In this document: piece by piece, positions 9,049 to 17,788 of the stretch
Numbering within the stretch: the first letter of the stretch is position 1
How the letters are laid out: each line of letters starts with the position of its first letter
NCBI GenBank assembly: GCA_030647205.1
Contig: JAUSJO010000002.1
Location: 113,112-177,111 of the forward strand
From: a bacterium
GTDB lineage: Bacteria > Patescibacteriota > CPR2 > UBA1875 > JAJYID01
Length of the DNA stretch: 64,000 nt
Direction: 5' to 3'
Position numbers and translations under genes: made by a program
The notes under the pieces: generated by a model
The model's database searches: none
Told to the model about the DNA's origin: nothing
The model's input: the letters and a program-made list of their open reading frames with translations, nothing else

Positions 9049-9264
9049 AATAATTTCCACTTTTTTAGAAAAAGTGGAGTAAAAATTGCGGCTTAGACGG
9101 CATCTTAAAAGTGTCGGATTCTAATTTACTTCAGGTTTGAAAAACCGGACTCCTTCCAGTCGGCCTAAAGGCTAATCGGTCTTTTCAAATCTTCATCAAA
9201 TCTTATCCTCGCTTTTCGATCCGATAGCCGCAAGAGAGCTCCCTTTGAAAAAATCATGCCGGAT
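9049..9264 (+). repeat. ~200-bp intergenic repeat element, copy 1
   Basis: Starts with the palindrome CCACTTTTT-TAG-AAAAAGTGG and ends CCCTTTGAAAAAATCATGCCGGA. About 93% identical to copy 2. Confidence 0.85.
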
Positions 9265-9315
9265 TAAATACAATTGAGGCTGTAATAATTTATTGAAATC
9301 TATTATAATAGCACC

Positions 9316-11391
9316 ATGGCAAGGCATAGAAAACCAGGCAGGCCCAAGGGGTCTACAAATAAAGGGAAAAAAGTCGAACCAACACTAAACCCGAAAATAG
9401 TCGGAGAGATAGTTGCGGTTGGGCTTTTTATTGTTGCGGTAATTCTTTTTGCCGGGGCATTTAACTTTGGCGGGAGATGGGCACTGGCCCTCTTTACAAC
9501 TTTTAGAGATATTTTTGGCTTTGTTTCTTACCTTATGCCATTCATCTTTATTGGTGTCGGGGCAGGACTTTTCTTCCCTGAAAGATTTCCGGTCAACAAA
9601 ATCTCTGCATCCGGGTTTGGCCTTTCCATTATATCTCTTTGCGGGATGTCCCAGATAATTTTCAGCGGACTAAAAAAAGACGGTGGCGGAGGGATGCTTG
9701 GCTCGCTGCTGGAAACGCAGATTTTAAAAATATTTAACTCTCCTGTTTCTTTCCTAATATTTACGGCTACCTTGATTATCGGACTTTTACTTGCTACTGA
9801 CACCTCAATCCGAGATCTTTTTGCACTCTTTAGAAATCAAGAAGAAGGCGAGGAGAAGAAGCCGAAAGAACATATTAAGATTCATGAGGGAGTTGCGGTA
9901 GCAAAAAACGTTTCCGATAAATTTAAGCCTGAGCCAAAAGAGCCGGAAGTAATGATGGTTGGTGACGATAAGGACTGGAAACTGCCGTCAGTTGATTTGC
10001 TTGAGGATACGACTACAAAAGCGGATAGCGGAAATGTGACAGAAAATGCAGCTGTCATCCAGGAGACTCTGGGAAAGTTTAACATAGATGTTGCGATGCG
10101 CGACGTAAATGTCGGGCCAACTGTAACGCAGTATACTTTAAAGCCCAGTGATGGAGTAAAGCTTTCAAAAATTACAAATCTTGACCGGGACCTAGCTCTT
10201 TCTCTCGCCGCTCATCCTATCCGTATTGAAGCACCAATTCCTGGGAAGTCTCTTGTCGGGGTTGAAATACCAAATAAAAAGGCAGCTATAGTTAGACTTA
10301 AAAATATTCTTACGAGTGAGACTTTCAAAGGGCGCCGTTCTAAATTATCAGTCGTTTTGGGGCTAGATGTTTCCGGTCATCCGCAGATTGCCGACATAAC
10401 AAGGATGCCACATCTTCTCATCGCCGGTTCTACCGGTTCCGGTAAATCTGTTTCCATAAATGCGTTACTGCTCAGTCTTCTCTATCAGAATTCACCCAAT
10501 GAGCTGAAACTGATACTAGTTGATCCGAAACGAGTGGAACTTTCTTTATATAATGACCTTCCTCATCTTCTCGCTCCAGTTATAGTTGAGCCTGAGAAAA
10601 CTGTGTCGGCGCTGAAGTGGGCGATTATCGAGATGGAAAGAAGGTATCAGCTTCTTCAATCGGCAGGGAAAAGAAACATTGTCGACTTTAACGCCATCAA
10701 AGGCAAGGAAGGCATGCCTTATATCGTAATTGTGATAGATGAGCTGGCTGACATAATGGCTGTAGCATCGAAGGAAGTTGAAGGTTTGATTTGCCGACTG
10801 GCGCAAATGGCTCGTGCCGTTGGTATCCACCTGGTTCTTGCGACACAGCGCCCATCAGTGGACGTTATTACCGGGCTTATCAAGGCGAATATTGTTACCC
10901 GTATAGCTTTCGCCGTAGCTTCTCAGGTTGACTCTCGCACAATTTTGGATCAGTCGGGAGCCGAAAAGCTCCTTGGAAATGGTGACATGCTTTTCACTTC
11001 AGCCGAATTCTCCAAGCCGAAAAGGATACAGGGAACGTTTATTTCAGAAAAAGAAGTCAAATCTGTTACAGACTTCGTTAAGTCAAATGGGAGTCCTGAA
11101 TATAACAAGGAAGTTCTGGAGCAAAAGCTTGGCGGGGTTAAGGGCGGTGACTTTGATGTGCCTGATGACGATCTTTTCCTTGATGCAGTCGACTGTGTGA
11201 TACGCTCAAACAAAGCATCCTCATCGCTTCTTCAGAGACGACTGAGAATTGGCTATGCCAGAGCGGCGCGGTTGCTTGATTTACTGGAAGAGCGCGGAGT
11301 GGTCGGACCGGCAGATGGCTCAAGGCCTAGAGATGTTTTAATCAGTGATATATCAGAGATAATTGACGAAAAAGAAGAAGTGGAGATCTAG
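9316..11391 (+). CDS. ftsK: DNA translocase FtsK/SpoIIIE
   Basis: N-terminal TM segments, Walker A GSTGSGKSV, C-terminal gamma-domain-like winged helix. Confidence 0.9.
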   Translation: MARHRKPGRPKGSTNKGKKVEPTLNPKIVGEIVAVGLFIVAVILFAGAFNFGGRWALALFTTFRDIFGFVSYLMPFIFIGVGAGLFFPERFPVNKISASGFGLSIISLCGMSQIIFSGLKKDGGGGMLGSLLETQILKIFNSPVSFLIFTATLIIGLLLATDTSIRDLFALFRNQEEGEEKKPKEHIKIHEGVAVAKNVSDKFKPEPKEPEVMMVGDDKDWKLPSVDLLEDTTTKADSGNVTENAAVIQETLGKFNIDVAMRDVNVGPTVTQYTLKPSDGVKLSKITNLDRDLALSLAAHPIRIEAPIPGKSLVGVEIPNKKAAIVRLKNILTSETFKGRRSKLSVVLGLDVSGHPQIADITRMPHLLIAGSTGSGKSVSINALLLSLLYQNSPNELKLILVDPKRVELSLYNDLPHLLAPVIVEPEKTVSALKWAIIEMERRYQLLQSAGKRNIVDFNAIKGKEGMPYIVIVIDELADIMAVASKEVEGLICRLAQMARAVGIHLVLATQRPSVDVITGLIKANIVTRIAFAVASQVDSRTILDQSGAEKLLGNGDMLFTSAEFSKPKRIQGTFISEKEVKSVTDFVKSNGSPEYNKEVLEQKLGGVKGGDFDVPDDDLFLDAVDCVIRSNKASSSLLQRRLRIGYARAARLLDLLEERGVVGPADGSRPRDVLISDISEIIDEKEEVEI

Positions 11392-12354
11392 ATGGCGCCT
11401 GCTAAGTTTATAAGGACAACGATTTCCGAAAGGGAATCTCTGGGTGAGAAGCTGGCGAAAAAAAGAAACTCGCTTCATTTAGATGTGAAAGATATTGAGA
11501 AAGCGATAAAGATACCGGCGCGTCATATTAGGAATATTGAAGATGGCAACTACTCAAAGCTTCCGCCTGATGTTTATACGCGAGGATTTATTAAAAACTA
11601 CTCGGCATTTTTGGGGCTAAACTCAAAAAAGACTTTGAGTGATTACGATAAAGAAAGAGGCTTAGAAAAAAGGGTTAAGCTGGTTAAAAATCCAGCACCG
11701 AAAGTTAAGCCGACTCTCAAAAAACCGAGAATGGTTATCACTCCAAAAAGACTCATCCTTATAGGCTCCTCTCTTTTAGTCTTTGCGGTCCTTGTCTTTA
11801 TTGGCTGGCAGATAAAAATTCTGACAGCACCACCGACTCTAAGTGTTAACAGTCCGGCCGACAACTCAAATGTCACTGATGATTATGTTTACGTTGAGGG
11901 TAAGACTGACAGAGAAGCTGATATCTACATCAATGACGTCAAAATCGGTACCGATGATAATGGTATTTTTAAAGAAAGGGTTAGTCTACAGGACGGAGTG
12001 AATATTTTAAATATTAAGGCGAAAAATAAAATGGATAGGGAAACCAGCGTTGAAAGAAAGATATCAGCAAAACTTCCTCTGACAACAGCGACGGTTGACA
12101 GGACTATCTATCCTTTAGAGTTAAAGGTGGTGATAGGACCAAATCCGGCAACAGTACAGATAGTGCGCGATGGAGAAAAGTTGAATGTATCAGGAGTTAT
12201 GCTTGCAGGCTCGACACAAGTTTTTTATGCTAAAAATGACTTTGTAGTCTCAACAAATAATGCCGGCAGCACAAAAGTTACCCTAAATGGCAAAGATATG
12301 GGTCCGATGGGCAAAGAAGGTGAAGCGATTAAAGATAAAAAGTTTAGTAAGTAG
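11392..12354 (+). CDS. RodZ-like HTH membrane protein
   Basis: N-terminal HTH (IRNIEDGNYSKLPPDVYTRGFIKNY) typical of RodZ, single TM, periplasmic C-terminal domain. Confidence 0.6.
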   Translation: MAPAKFIRTTISERESLGEKLAKKRNSLHLDVKDIEKAIKIPARHIRNIEDGNYSKLPPDVYTRGFIKNYSAFLGLNSKKTLSDYDKERGLEKRVKLVKNPAPKVKPTLKKPRMVITPKRLILIGSSLLVFAVLVFIGWQIKILTAPPTLSVNSPADNSNVTDDYVYVEGKTDREADIYINDVKIGTDDNGIFKERVSLQDGVNILNIKAKNKMDRETSVERKISAKLPLTTATVDRTIYPLELKVVIGPNPATVQIVRDGEKLNVSGVMLAGSTQVFYAKNDFVVSTNNAGSTKVTLNGKDMGPMGKEGEAIKDKKFSK

Positions 12355-12363
12355 GAGATAAAA

Positions 12364-12867
12364 ATGGCCAAAGATTTTTCATTTGATATAGAGAGCGACT
12401 TCGACATGATGGAGATGACGAATGCGCTCGATCAAACACAGCGCGAGATCTCTCAAAGATATGACTTTAAAGGGACAGACTCATCTATTGAATTTGACGA
12501 GGATAAAAAAGGATTGCTACTTCTTGGCGACAGCGATTACAAAGTTGACGCCATGATAGATATTATAGAGTCAAAAATGGTCAGCCGCGGGCTGTCACTC
12601 AAAATTTTAGACAAATCTAGTCCGAAAGAGTACGCTTCGGGCGACAGAACCCGCCAGAAAGTTACCTTCAAAAAAGGCATGGATCAGGAGAAGGCAAAAA
12701 AAATTACGAAAAAAATTCGTGAGGTCTATCCGAAAGCTAAAGCGCAAGTTCAGGGAGATACTATCCGGGTTTCCTCGTCCTCAAAAGACGATTTGCAGGG
12801 GGTAATGTCGATGCTAAAAACTGATGAAGCGATCGATATCCCACTTCAGTTCACGAACTATAGATAA
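12364..12867 (+). CDS. yajQ: YajQ family nucleotide-binding protein
   Basis: MAKDFSFDIESDFDMMEM...YDFKGTD N-terminus characteristic of UPF0234/YajQ. Confidence 0.8.
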   Translation: MAKDFSFDIESDFDMMEMTNALDQTQREISQRYDFKGTDSSIEFDEDKKGLLLLGDSDYKVDAMIDIIESKMVSRGLSLKILDKSSPKEYASGDRTRQKVTFKKGMDQEKAKKITKKIREVYPKAKAQVQGDTIRVSSSSKDDLQGVMSMLKTDEAIDIPLQFTNYR

Positions 12868-12876
12868 TTTGAGACG

Positions 12877-12906
12877 AAAGGGCCCCTACTGGGGGCCCTT
12901 TTTGCT
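12877..12906. terminator. bidirectional rho-independent terminator
   Basis: GGGCCCC-tact-GGGGGCCC flanked by an A-run and a T-run, between convergent genes. Confidence 0.65.
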
Positions 12907-12924
12907 TTGGAGAAAGCAATTTGT

Positions 12925-13101
12925 TTACGTTACAGAAAGATGAATTTCGATTATTCCCTTTTTGACTGCTTCATTTAGGATCTCTTCGGCCACTTCTTTG
13001 GGGAGGTCTACATCAATTGCAGGTACCTTCGGCTTAACATTTTCCTTACTTTTTCTGGTTGGTTTACGGGTTGGCTTGTTGGATTTTTTAGTGCGTGCCA
13101 T
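12925..13101 (-). CDS. small basic protein (MARTKKSNKPTRKPTRK...), unknown function
   Basis: Strong GGAGG RBS before the internal ATG. 58 aa, Lys/Arg-rich N-terminus. Confidence 0.4.
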   Translation of the reverse strand: MARTKKSNKPTRKPTRKSKENVKPKVPAIDVDLPKEVAEEILNEAVKKGIIEIHLSVT

Positions 13102-13308
13102 TTCCCCTCCTATATTTTCTGCTTTCTCCAAATTGTTTTGTGTACATTGTTCTGCAAATGTTAGGAAAAGCATTTTAGCATAGTTATTTTGCTGAGTCTT
13201 TAGGCAAGAACCCAAATAGGATAGAGAGGCATTGAAATAGCCGTAAAGGACTTGACAGAGAGATAGTTTTATTATAATATATACTAACCTTAATCATGAA
13301 AGCACACG

Positions 13309-14079
13309 TTGGATAGAAGGCAAAACAATTATATAAAGAAAACATATCGGCTGCTCGTCTTCGCGGCATTTTTAAGTGTGGTTGGCTTTGCCTATACTGC
13401 CTACAACGCGCGAAATGATTTAAGAAAACAGAGTGATACTGAGGTAGCAACACCGAAAAAAGAAGTGGTCCAGTCTGATACTCCTCAAGTCAAGGGAGAT
13501 ACGGTTCAGATCAAAGACTCGGCTTCGTTGCCTGTTCCATATACTTTGCAGGGACCTCTCAACAATTTAAATGTTCACGAGGAGTCTTGCGAAGAAGCGG
13601 CGGTTCTGATGTATCATTATTTCCTTGAAGGTCAGCTGACATTTAATGGAAGCACGATTATTACTCCTCAACTTGCCAATGATGAGATGCTCAAAATGAA
13701 GGCATGGCAGGTAAAAAACTATGGCAAAGAGCCTGATCTTTCAATCGAGCAGCTAGGACTTTTTGCTCAGCAATATTACGGTTACAAGTATAAAACTTTC
13801 AAAAATGTTACCAAGGATGATATAAAGCGCGAAATCTCAGCTGGACACCCTGTGTTAGTCCCAGTGATGACACATAGTTTAAAAAATCCGATGTATGGGC
13901 CTCAAACGACGTATCATATTTTGGTAATCAAAGGCTACAATGCTCAAAATGTCATCGCCAATGATGCCGGTATTCGCGGTGAAAGCATCCAGTACTCTTG
14001 GGATACAGTTTTCTCGGCCATTGACGCCCAAACCCCGAAAATGGGACAAGGGCGAGAGATGGTTATTTTGACGAAATAA
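13309..14079 (+). CDS. membrane-anchored protein, possible C39-like cysteine peptidase domain
   Basis: TTG start after a TATAAT box. N-terminal TM. EESCEEAAVLMYHY resembles a papain-like C39_2 catalytic Cys region. Weak. Confidence 0.4.
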   Translation: MDRRQNNYIKKTYRLLVFAAFLSVVGFAYTAYNARNDLRKQSDTEVATPKKEVVQSDTPQVKGDTVQIKDSASLPVPYTLQGPLNNLNVHEESCEEAAVLMYHYFLEGQLTFNGSTIITPQLANDEMLKMKAWQVKNYGKEPDLSIEQLGLFAQQYYGYKYKTFKNVTKDDIKREISAGHPVLVPVMTHSLKNPMYGPQTTYHILVIKGYNAQNVIANDAGIRGESIQYSWDTVFSAIDAQTPKMGQGREMVILTK

Positions 14080-14083
14080 ATTT

Positions 14084-14113
14084 AAAACCCGACATGCATG
14101 CATGTCGGGCCCA
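14084..14113. terminator. perfect palindrome hairpin CCCGACATGCATGCATGTCGGG, possible terminator
   Basis: 22-bp perfect palindrome after the stop. No clean T-run on the + side. Confidence 0.35.
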
Positions 14114-14349
14114 ATGTCACATCTCCTTTCGTAACACCCCAGCTCTTTAAAACTCCTATAGAGTGAGGCTGAGAATTGGTACTACTTGGTCGATGCAACC
14201 TACAAGTTTTTGTGCTGCAAATGGATAGAGGTTCTGCATAAAGCAATAACGCCTACTAGCTGACGTTTGACATATCCCTCTCCTGATCAGTGGAGATGCA
14301 GTTGTTACTGTAAGAAGATTTTAGCAGATTACGTTTATGATGTCAACAA

Positions 14350-14477
14350 TTTTGTATACTATTATCTTTTGTAAAGTTAAGCACGATAGTAGTATACAAA
14401 ACATAAAAAACCATTGACCTGTGGATAAGTTATAGTATACACTTATGCTATACAAAATAATTTTAATGTATACTACC
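14350..14477. promoter_or_regulatory. cluster of TTTTGTATACTA / TAGTATACAAAA motifs; candidate LexA (SOS) operators over the lexA promoter
   Basis: The 12-mer occurs in both orientations at 14350-14361 and 14390-14401, with partial copies at 14434, 14447 and 14467. TTGACC (-35-like) lies at 14414. Confidence 0.4.
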
Positions 14478-14495
14478 TAAAGAAGTGAGGGCAAA

Positions 14496-15134
14496 ATGGC
14501 GAAAGAATTAACTGAAAAACAAAAGAACGTACTGACTTGGATCAAGGAATCCGTTAAGGAAACCGGCGATGCACCAACAGTACGCGAACTACAGGTCAAG
14601 ATTGGCTGTTCTTCACCGATGGGTGTTGTTTCTCACCTTCGAGCGCTTGAGCAAAAGGGTCAGATTCGAAGAATGGGCAACCAGGCTCGTGGAATAGTTG
14701 TTTTGGATGGTCGAAGTATCCGTGAAAGTCATGATAGTGACGTTGTAAATGTGCCTTTGGTTGGTAATGTTGCCTGTGGTATGCCGATATATGCCGAAGA
14801 GTTGATCGAAGATTGGATCCCACTATCTACAAAACTAGTTAAAAGAAGCCAAGACGTTTTTATGTTAACGGCAAAAGGCGACTCTATGGACCAGGCCGGT
14901 ATAGAAGATGGCGACTACATCATTTTTAAAAAGCAAGATACGGCAGAAAATGGGGACAAAGTAGTAGTTTTGATAGGAACAGAAGCAACTGTGAAAAGGT
15001 TGAATACCACAAAAGGAAAAGCTATGTTTGAGCCGATGAGCACAAACAAAGAGCACAAAGTCCTGGTTCCGGAAGAAGGAACATTTATGGTGCAGGGCAA
15101 AGTTGTCGGGGTTATAAAAAATTTTAAAGAGTAA
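14496..15134 (+). CDS. lexA: LexA repressor (S24 peptidase)
   Basis: N-terminal winged HTH, cleavage-site region VACGMP, Ser/Lys dyad motifs GDSM and TVKRL. Confidence 0.9.
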   Translation: MAKELTEKQKNVLTWIKESVKETGDAPTVRELQVKIGCSSPMGVVSHLRALEQKGQIRRMGNQARGIVVLDGRSIRESHDSDVVNVPLVGNVACGMPIYAEELIEDWIPLSTKLVKRSQDVFMLTAKGDSMDQAGIEDGDYIIFKKQDTAENGDKVVVLIGTEATVKRLNTTKGKAMFEPMSTNKEHKVLVPEEGTFMVQGKVVGVIKNFKE

Positions 15135-15149
15135 AGCAAGGAGTGAGTC

Positions 15150-15542
15150 ATGAGAGATTACATCGAAGTACAAATTATCAAAAAAGCGAACGAGTTTTTT
15201 GCACTTGTTCAAGACAGAACAAAAAGAATCAAAAAATATAGTAATTTTCTGGAAGCGATGCGTGAGGATTCGGCAGAAATCATGTCTTTAGTCGCGCTGG
15301 GATATGAGTGTTATAGCGAAAAGGAAAGAATCGAGTGCTATGAAAGAGCGATTAAACTCGCCGAGAATGTTCTCTTCTATGCTCGACTCTTCAGCGAATA
15401 TCAGAGGATAACAGGCGCGAGTTATAAAATGATAAAGTGTCAGGGAGACCTACTTATCAGATTACTTGAAGGATTGATCAAGGTTGAGAAAAAGAACAAG
15501 GTAAGGGGTCAGTATCTGTTTAACTTAAAGTTTGCAAAATAA
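15150..15542 (+). CDS. hypothetical protein co-oriented between lexA and recA
   Basis: 130 aa helical protein. GGAGTG RBS. No recognised motif. Confidence 0.5.
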   Translation: MRDYIEVQIIKKANEFFALVQDRTKRIKKYSNFLEAMREDSAEIMSLVALGYECYSEKERIECYERAIKLAENVLFYARLFSEYQRITGASYKMIKCQGDLLIRLLEGLIKVEKKNKVRGQYLFNLKFAK

Positions 15543-15582
15543 TTATCAATAAATATTAAAAGAAAAGAGAGGGAACGAAAAA

Positions 15583-16587
15583 ATGACGGACGAGAAATCA
15601 GGTAAAACAGCAGCCATCCAGATGGCGGTAGATCAGATAGAAAAACAGTTTGGTAAGGGTGCCATAATGAAGCTTGGTGATAGAGGAGTACAGAATATTC
15701 AGGTTATACCCACGGGCTCTTTATCGCTAGACATAGCTTTAGGTGTAGGAGGTGTCCCAAGAGGAAGGGTTATAGAGATTTACGGTCCGGAATCAAGCGG
15801 AAAGACAACTCTCGCTTATCATGTAGTTAGTGAAGCTCAAAAAAGAGGTGGAGTAGCAGCATTTGTAGACGCTGAGCATGCCCTAGACCCTGAGTATGCA
15901 AGAAACATTGGCGTAGATATAAACAAGCTGCTAGTTTCTCAGCCAGACACAGCTGAGCAGGCACTCGAGATAACGGAGACATTGGTTCGTTCAAATGCTG
16001 TTGACGTGGTTGTTATAGACTCTGTTGCAGCTCTTGTCCCAAAAAGTGAGATAGAGGGAGAAATGGGGGACTCTCATATGGGTTTACAGGCTAGGCTTAT
16101 GTCACAAGCTCTTCGAAAGCTGACCGGTGCGACATCTAAGTCAAACACAACCCTCATATTCATCAATCAGCTTCGTATGAAGATCGGTGTAATGTTCGGA
16201 AACCCTGAGGTAACAAGTGGCGGAAATGCTTTAAAGTTCTATTCTTCAGTCAGGATTGATATCAGACGAAAGGAACAAATCAAAGATAGCGAAAACGTTA
16301 TTGGTAACCATGTACTTGTGAAGGTAGTAAAGAACAAGGTTGCACCACCATTTCGTTCTGCCGAGTTTGATATCATGTACAACGAAGGTATTTCTAAATA
16401 CGGAGATATATTAGATCTAGCGGTAAAGGACGATTTAATCAAAAAAAGTGGATCTTGGTATGAGCTTAAAGATAAAAAAATTGGCCAAGGACGCGAAGCT
16501 ACAAAACAATTCCTTAAGGATAACACTAAAATCGCAGATGAACTGGAAAAGGTCCTAAGAGCGAAGTATTTTCCGGTAAAAAAATGA
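15583..16587 (+). CDS. recA: recombinase RecA
   Basis: [11 protein letters not shown] Walker A, full-length RecA conservation. Confidence 0.95.
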   Translation: MTDEKSGKTAAIQMAVDQIEKQFGKGAIMKLGDRGVQNIQVIPTGSLSLDIALGVGGVPRGRVIEIYGPESSGKTTLAYHVVSEAQKRGGVAAFVDAEHALDPEYARNIGVDINKLLVSQPDTAEQALEITETLVRSNAVDVVVIDSVAALVPKSEIEGEMGDSHMGLQARLMSQALRKLTGATSKSNTTLIFINQLRMKIGVMFGNPEVTSGGNALKFYSSVRIDIRRKEQIKDSENVIGNHVLVKVVKNKVAPPFRSAEFDIMYNEGISKYGDILDLAVKDDLIKKSGSWYELKDKKIGQGREATKQFLKDNTKIADELEKVLRAKYFPVKK

Positions 16588-16625
16588 TAAAGGTATCCCG
16601 TCTCCATTATCCCTTACTCCTCTCT

Positions 16626-16977
16626 GTCATTCCCGCGGAGGCGGGAATCTAGACTATAAAATATGAATTCATACTATGTTTATATGATGGCTAGTGATAG
16701 AAATGGTACCCTTTATATTGGGGTAACATCAAATCTCATAGGAAGGGCATTTGAGCATAAAAATGGCGCGTATGGTGGTTTTACCGCAAAGTATAAAGTA
16801 GATAAGTTAGTTTACTTTGAGGAGACAACAAGTATAGAAGAAGCCATCACGAAAGAAAAACAGCTAAAGAAGTGGAATCGTCAATGGAAAATGAGGCTTA
16901 TTGAGGACTTTAATCCCAAGTGGGAGGATTTATCCTATAACATTGCTTGACTAGATCCCCGCCTCCGCGGGAATGAC
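16626..16977 (+). mobile_element. GIY-YIG mini-nuclease cassette bounded by 27-bp inverted hairpin repeats, inserted between recA and recX
   Basis: GTCATTCCCGCGGAGGCGGGAATCTAG at 16626-16653. Its reverse complement (1 mismatch) lies at 16951-16977. Confidence 0.5.
16663..16950 (+). CDS. GIY-YIG nuclease family protein (stand-alone URI domain)
   Basis: YYVYMMASDRNGTLYIGVTSNLIGRAFEHKNG GIY-YIG motif, 95 aa. Confidence 0.85.
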   Translation: MNSYYVYMMASDRNGTLYIGVTSNLIGRAFEHKNGAYGGFTAKYKVDKLVYFEETTSIEEAITKEKQLKKWNRQWKMRLIEDFNPKWEDLSYNIA

Positions 16978-16998
16978 AATTTTTAAGGTATCAATATT

Positions 16999-17604
16999 AT
17001 GAAAATAACTAAAATAGAAAAACAAGCCAAACGAGATAGATACAACATCTATCTCGATGGCGTTTATGGATTTTCAGTAGCCAGCCGTGTCCTTATGGAC
17101 TGTTCTTTAAAAGAATATCAGAGTTTAACTGACAAACAGATTGAGGAGATTAAAAACTCTGATGCTGAGTATAAAGCGTATAACCGGGCGATTTTGATTC
17201 TTTCCTACCGGGCGAATACGGAAACTGAGTTACGAAAGAAATTGTTGAAAAATTTTGATGAGCAGAATATAAACAAAGTTATTGTTAAACTTAAAAACCA
17301 GGGGTTTATAAACGATGCAGACTTTGCTGAGAGATATATTGCGCAGAGTAAAAAAGGAAAAAGAATGACTAGCCTTGAGCTTTTGAAAAAAGGAGTTGAT
17401 AAAGAAACGATTAACTCACTGATTTCAGAAAGAGAAGATGAGACAGAGTTCAAGAACGCTCTAAACACGGCTGAAAAAGTGATCAAAAAACATGGGGATA
17501 AGGATTTACAATTTAAGAAACAAAAACTCTACGAGAACTTGGTTCGTAGGGGTTTTGCTTATGACGTTATTAAGTTGGTGATAAAAGAGATTCTAGAGAG
17601 ATAG
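16999..17604 (+). CDS. recX: recombination regulator RecX
   Basis: Three-repeat helical RecX-like sequence, adjacent to recA. Confidence 0.8.
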   Translation: MKITKIEKQAKRDRYNIYLDGVYGFSVASRVLMDCSLKEYQSLTDKQIEEIKNSDAEYKAYNRAILILSYRANTETELRKKLLKNFDEQNINKVIVKLKNQGFINDADFAERYIAQSKKGKRMTSLELLKKGVDKETINSLISEREDETEFKNALNTAEKVIKKHGDKDLQFKKQKLYENLVRRGFAYDVIKLVIKEILER

Positions 17605-17627
17605 CCCCTAAGAAATAAAAAATCCCC

Positions 17628-17656
17628 GAGATTGGGGAAGTTTTATCATATTATCT
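17628..17656. terminator. bidirectional terminator between convergent recX and CDF genes
   Basis: AAAAAATCCCCGAGATTGGGGAAGTTTT. Confidence 0.55.
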
Positions 17657-17788
17657 TGCGATAATACTGTAGGTGAAGCCAAAGGCTATTACCCACAAAA
17701 ATATTGTCAACATCAACATCCTCTCTTTTATGACGATGGAAGATATGATACTCGAAACGCTATCCCCTGTCAAGCACTTTTTGGCCAC

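Noticed and set aside
14084-14113. Perfect 22-bp palindrome CCCGACATGCATGCATGTCGGG considered as a protein-binding operator
   Set aside because: It is located at the 3' end of a gene, ~380 bp from the next start. It is more simply a hairpin terminator or transcript-stabilising element, so it is kept only as a low-confidence terminator feature.
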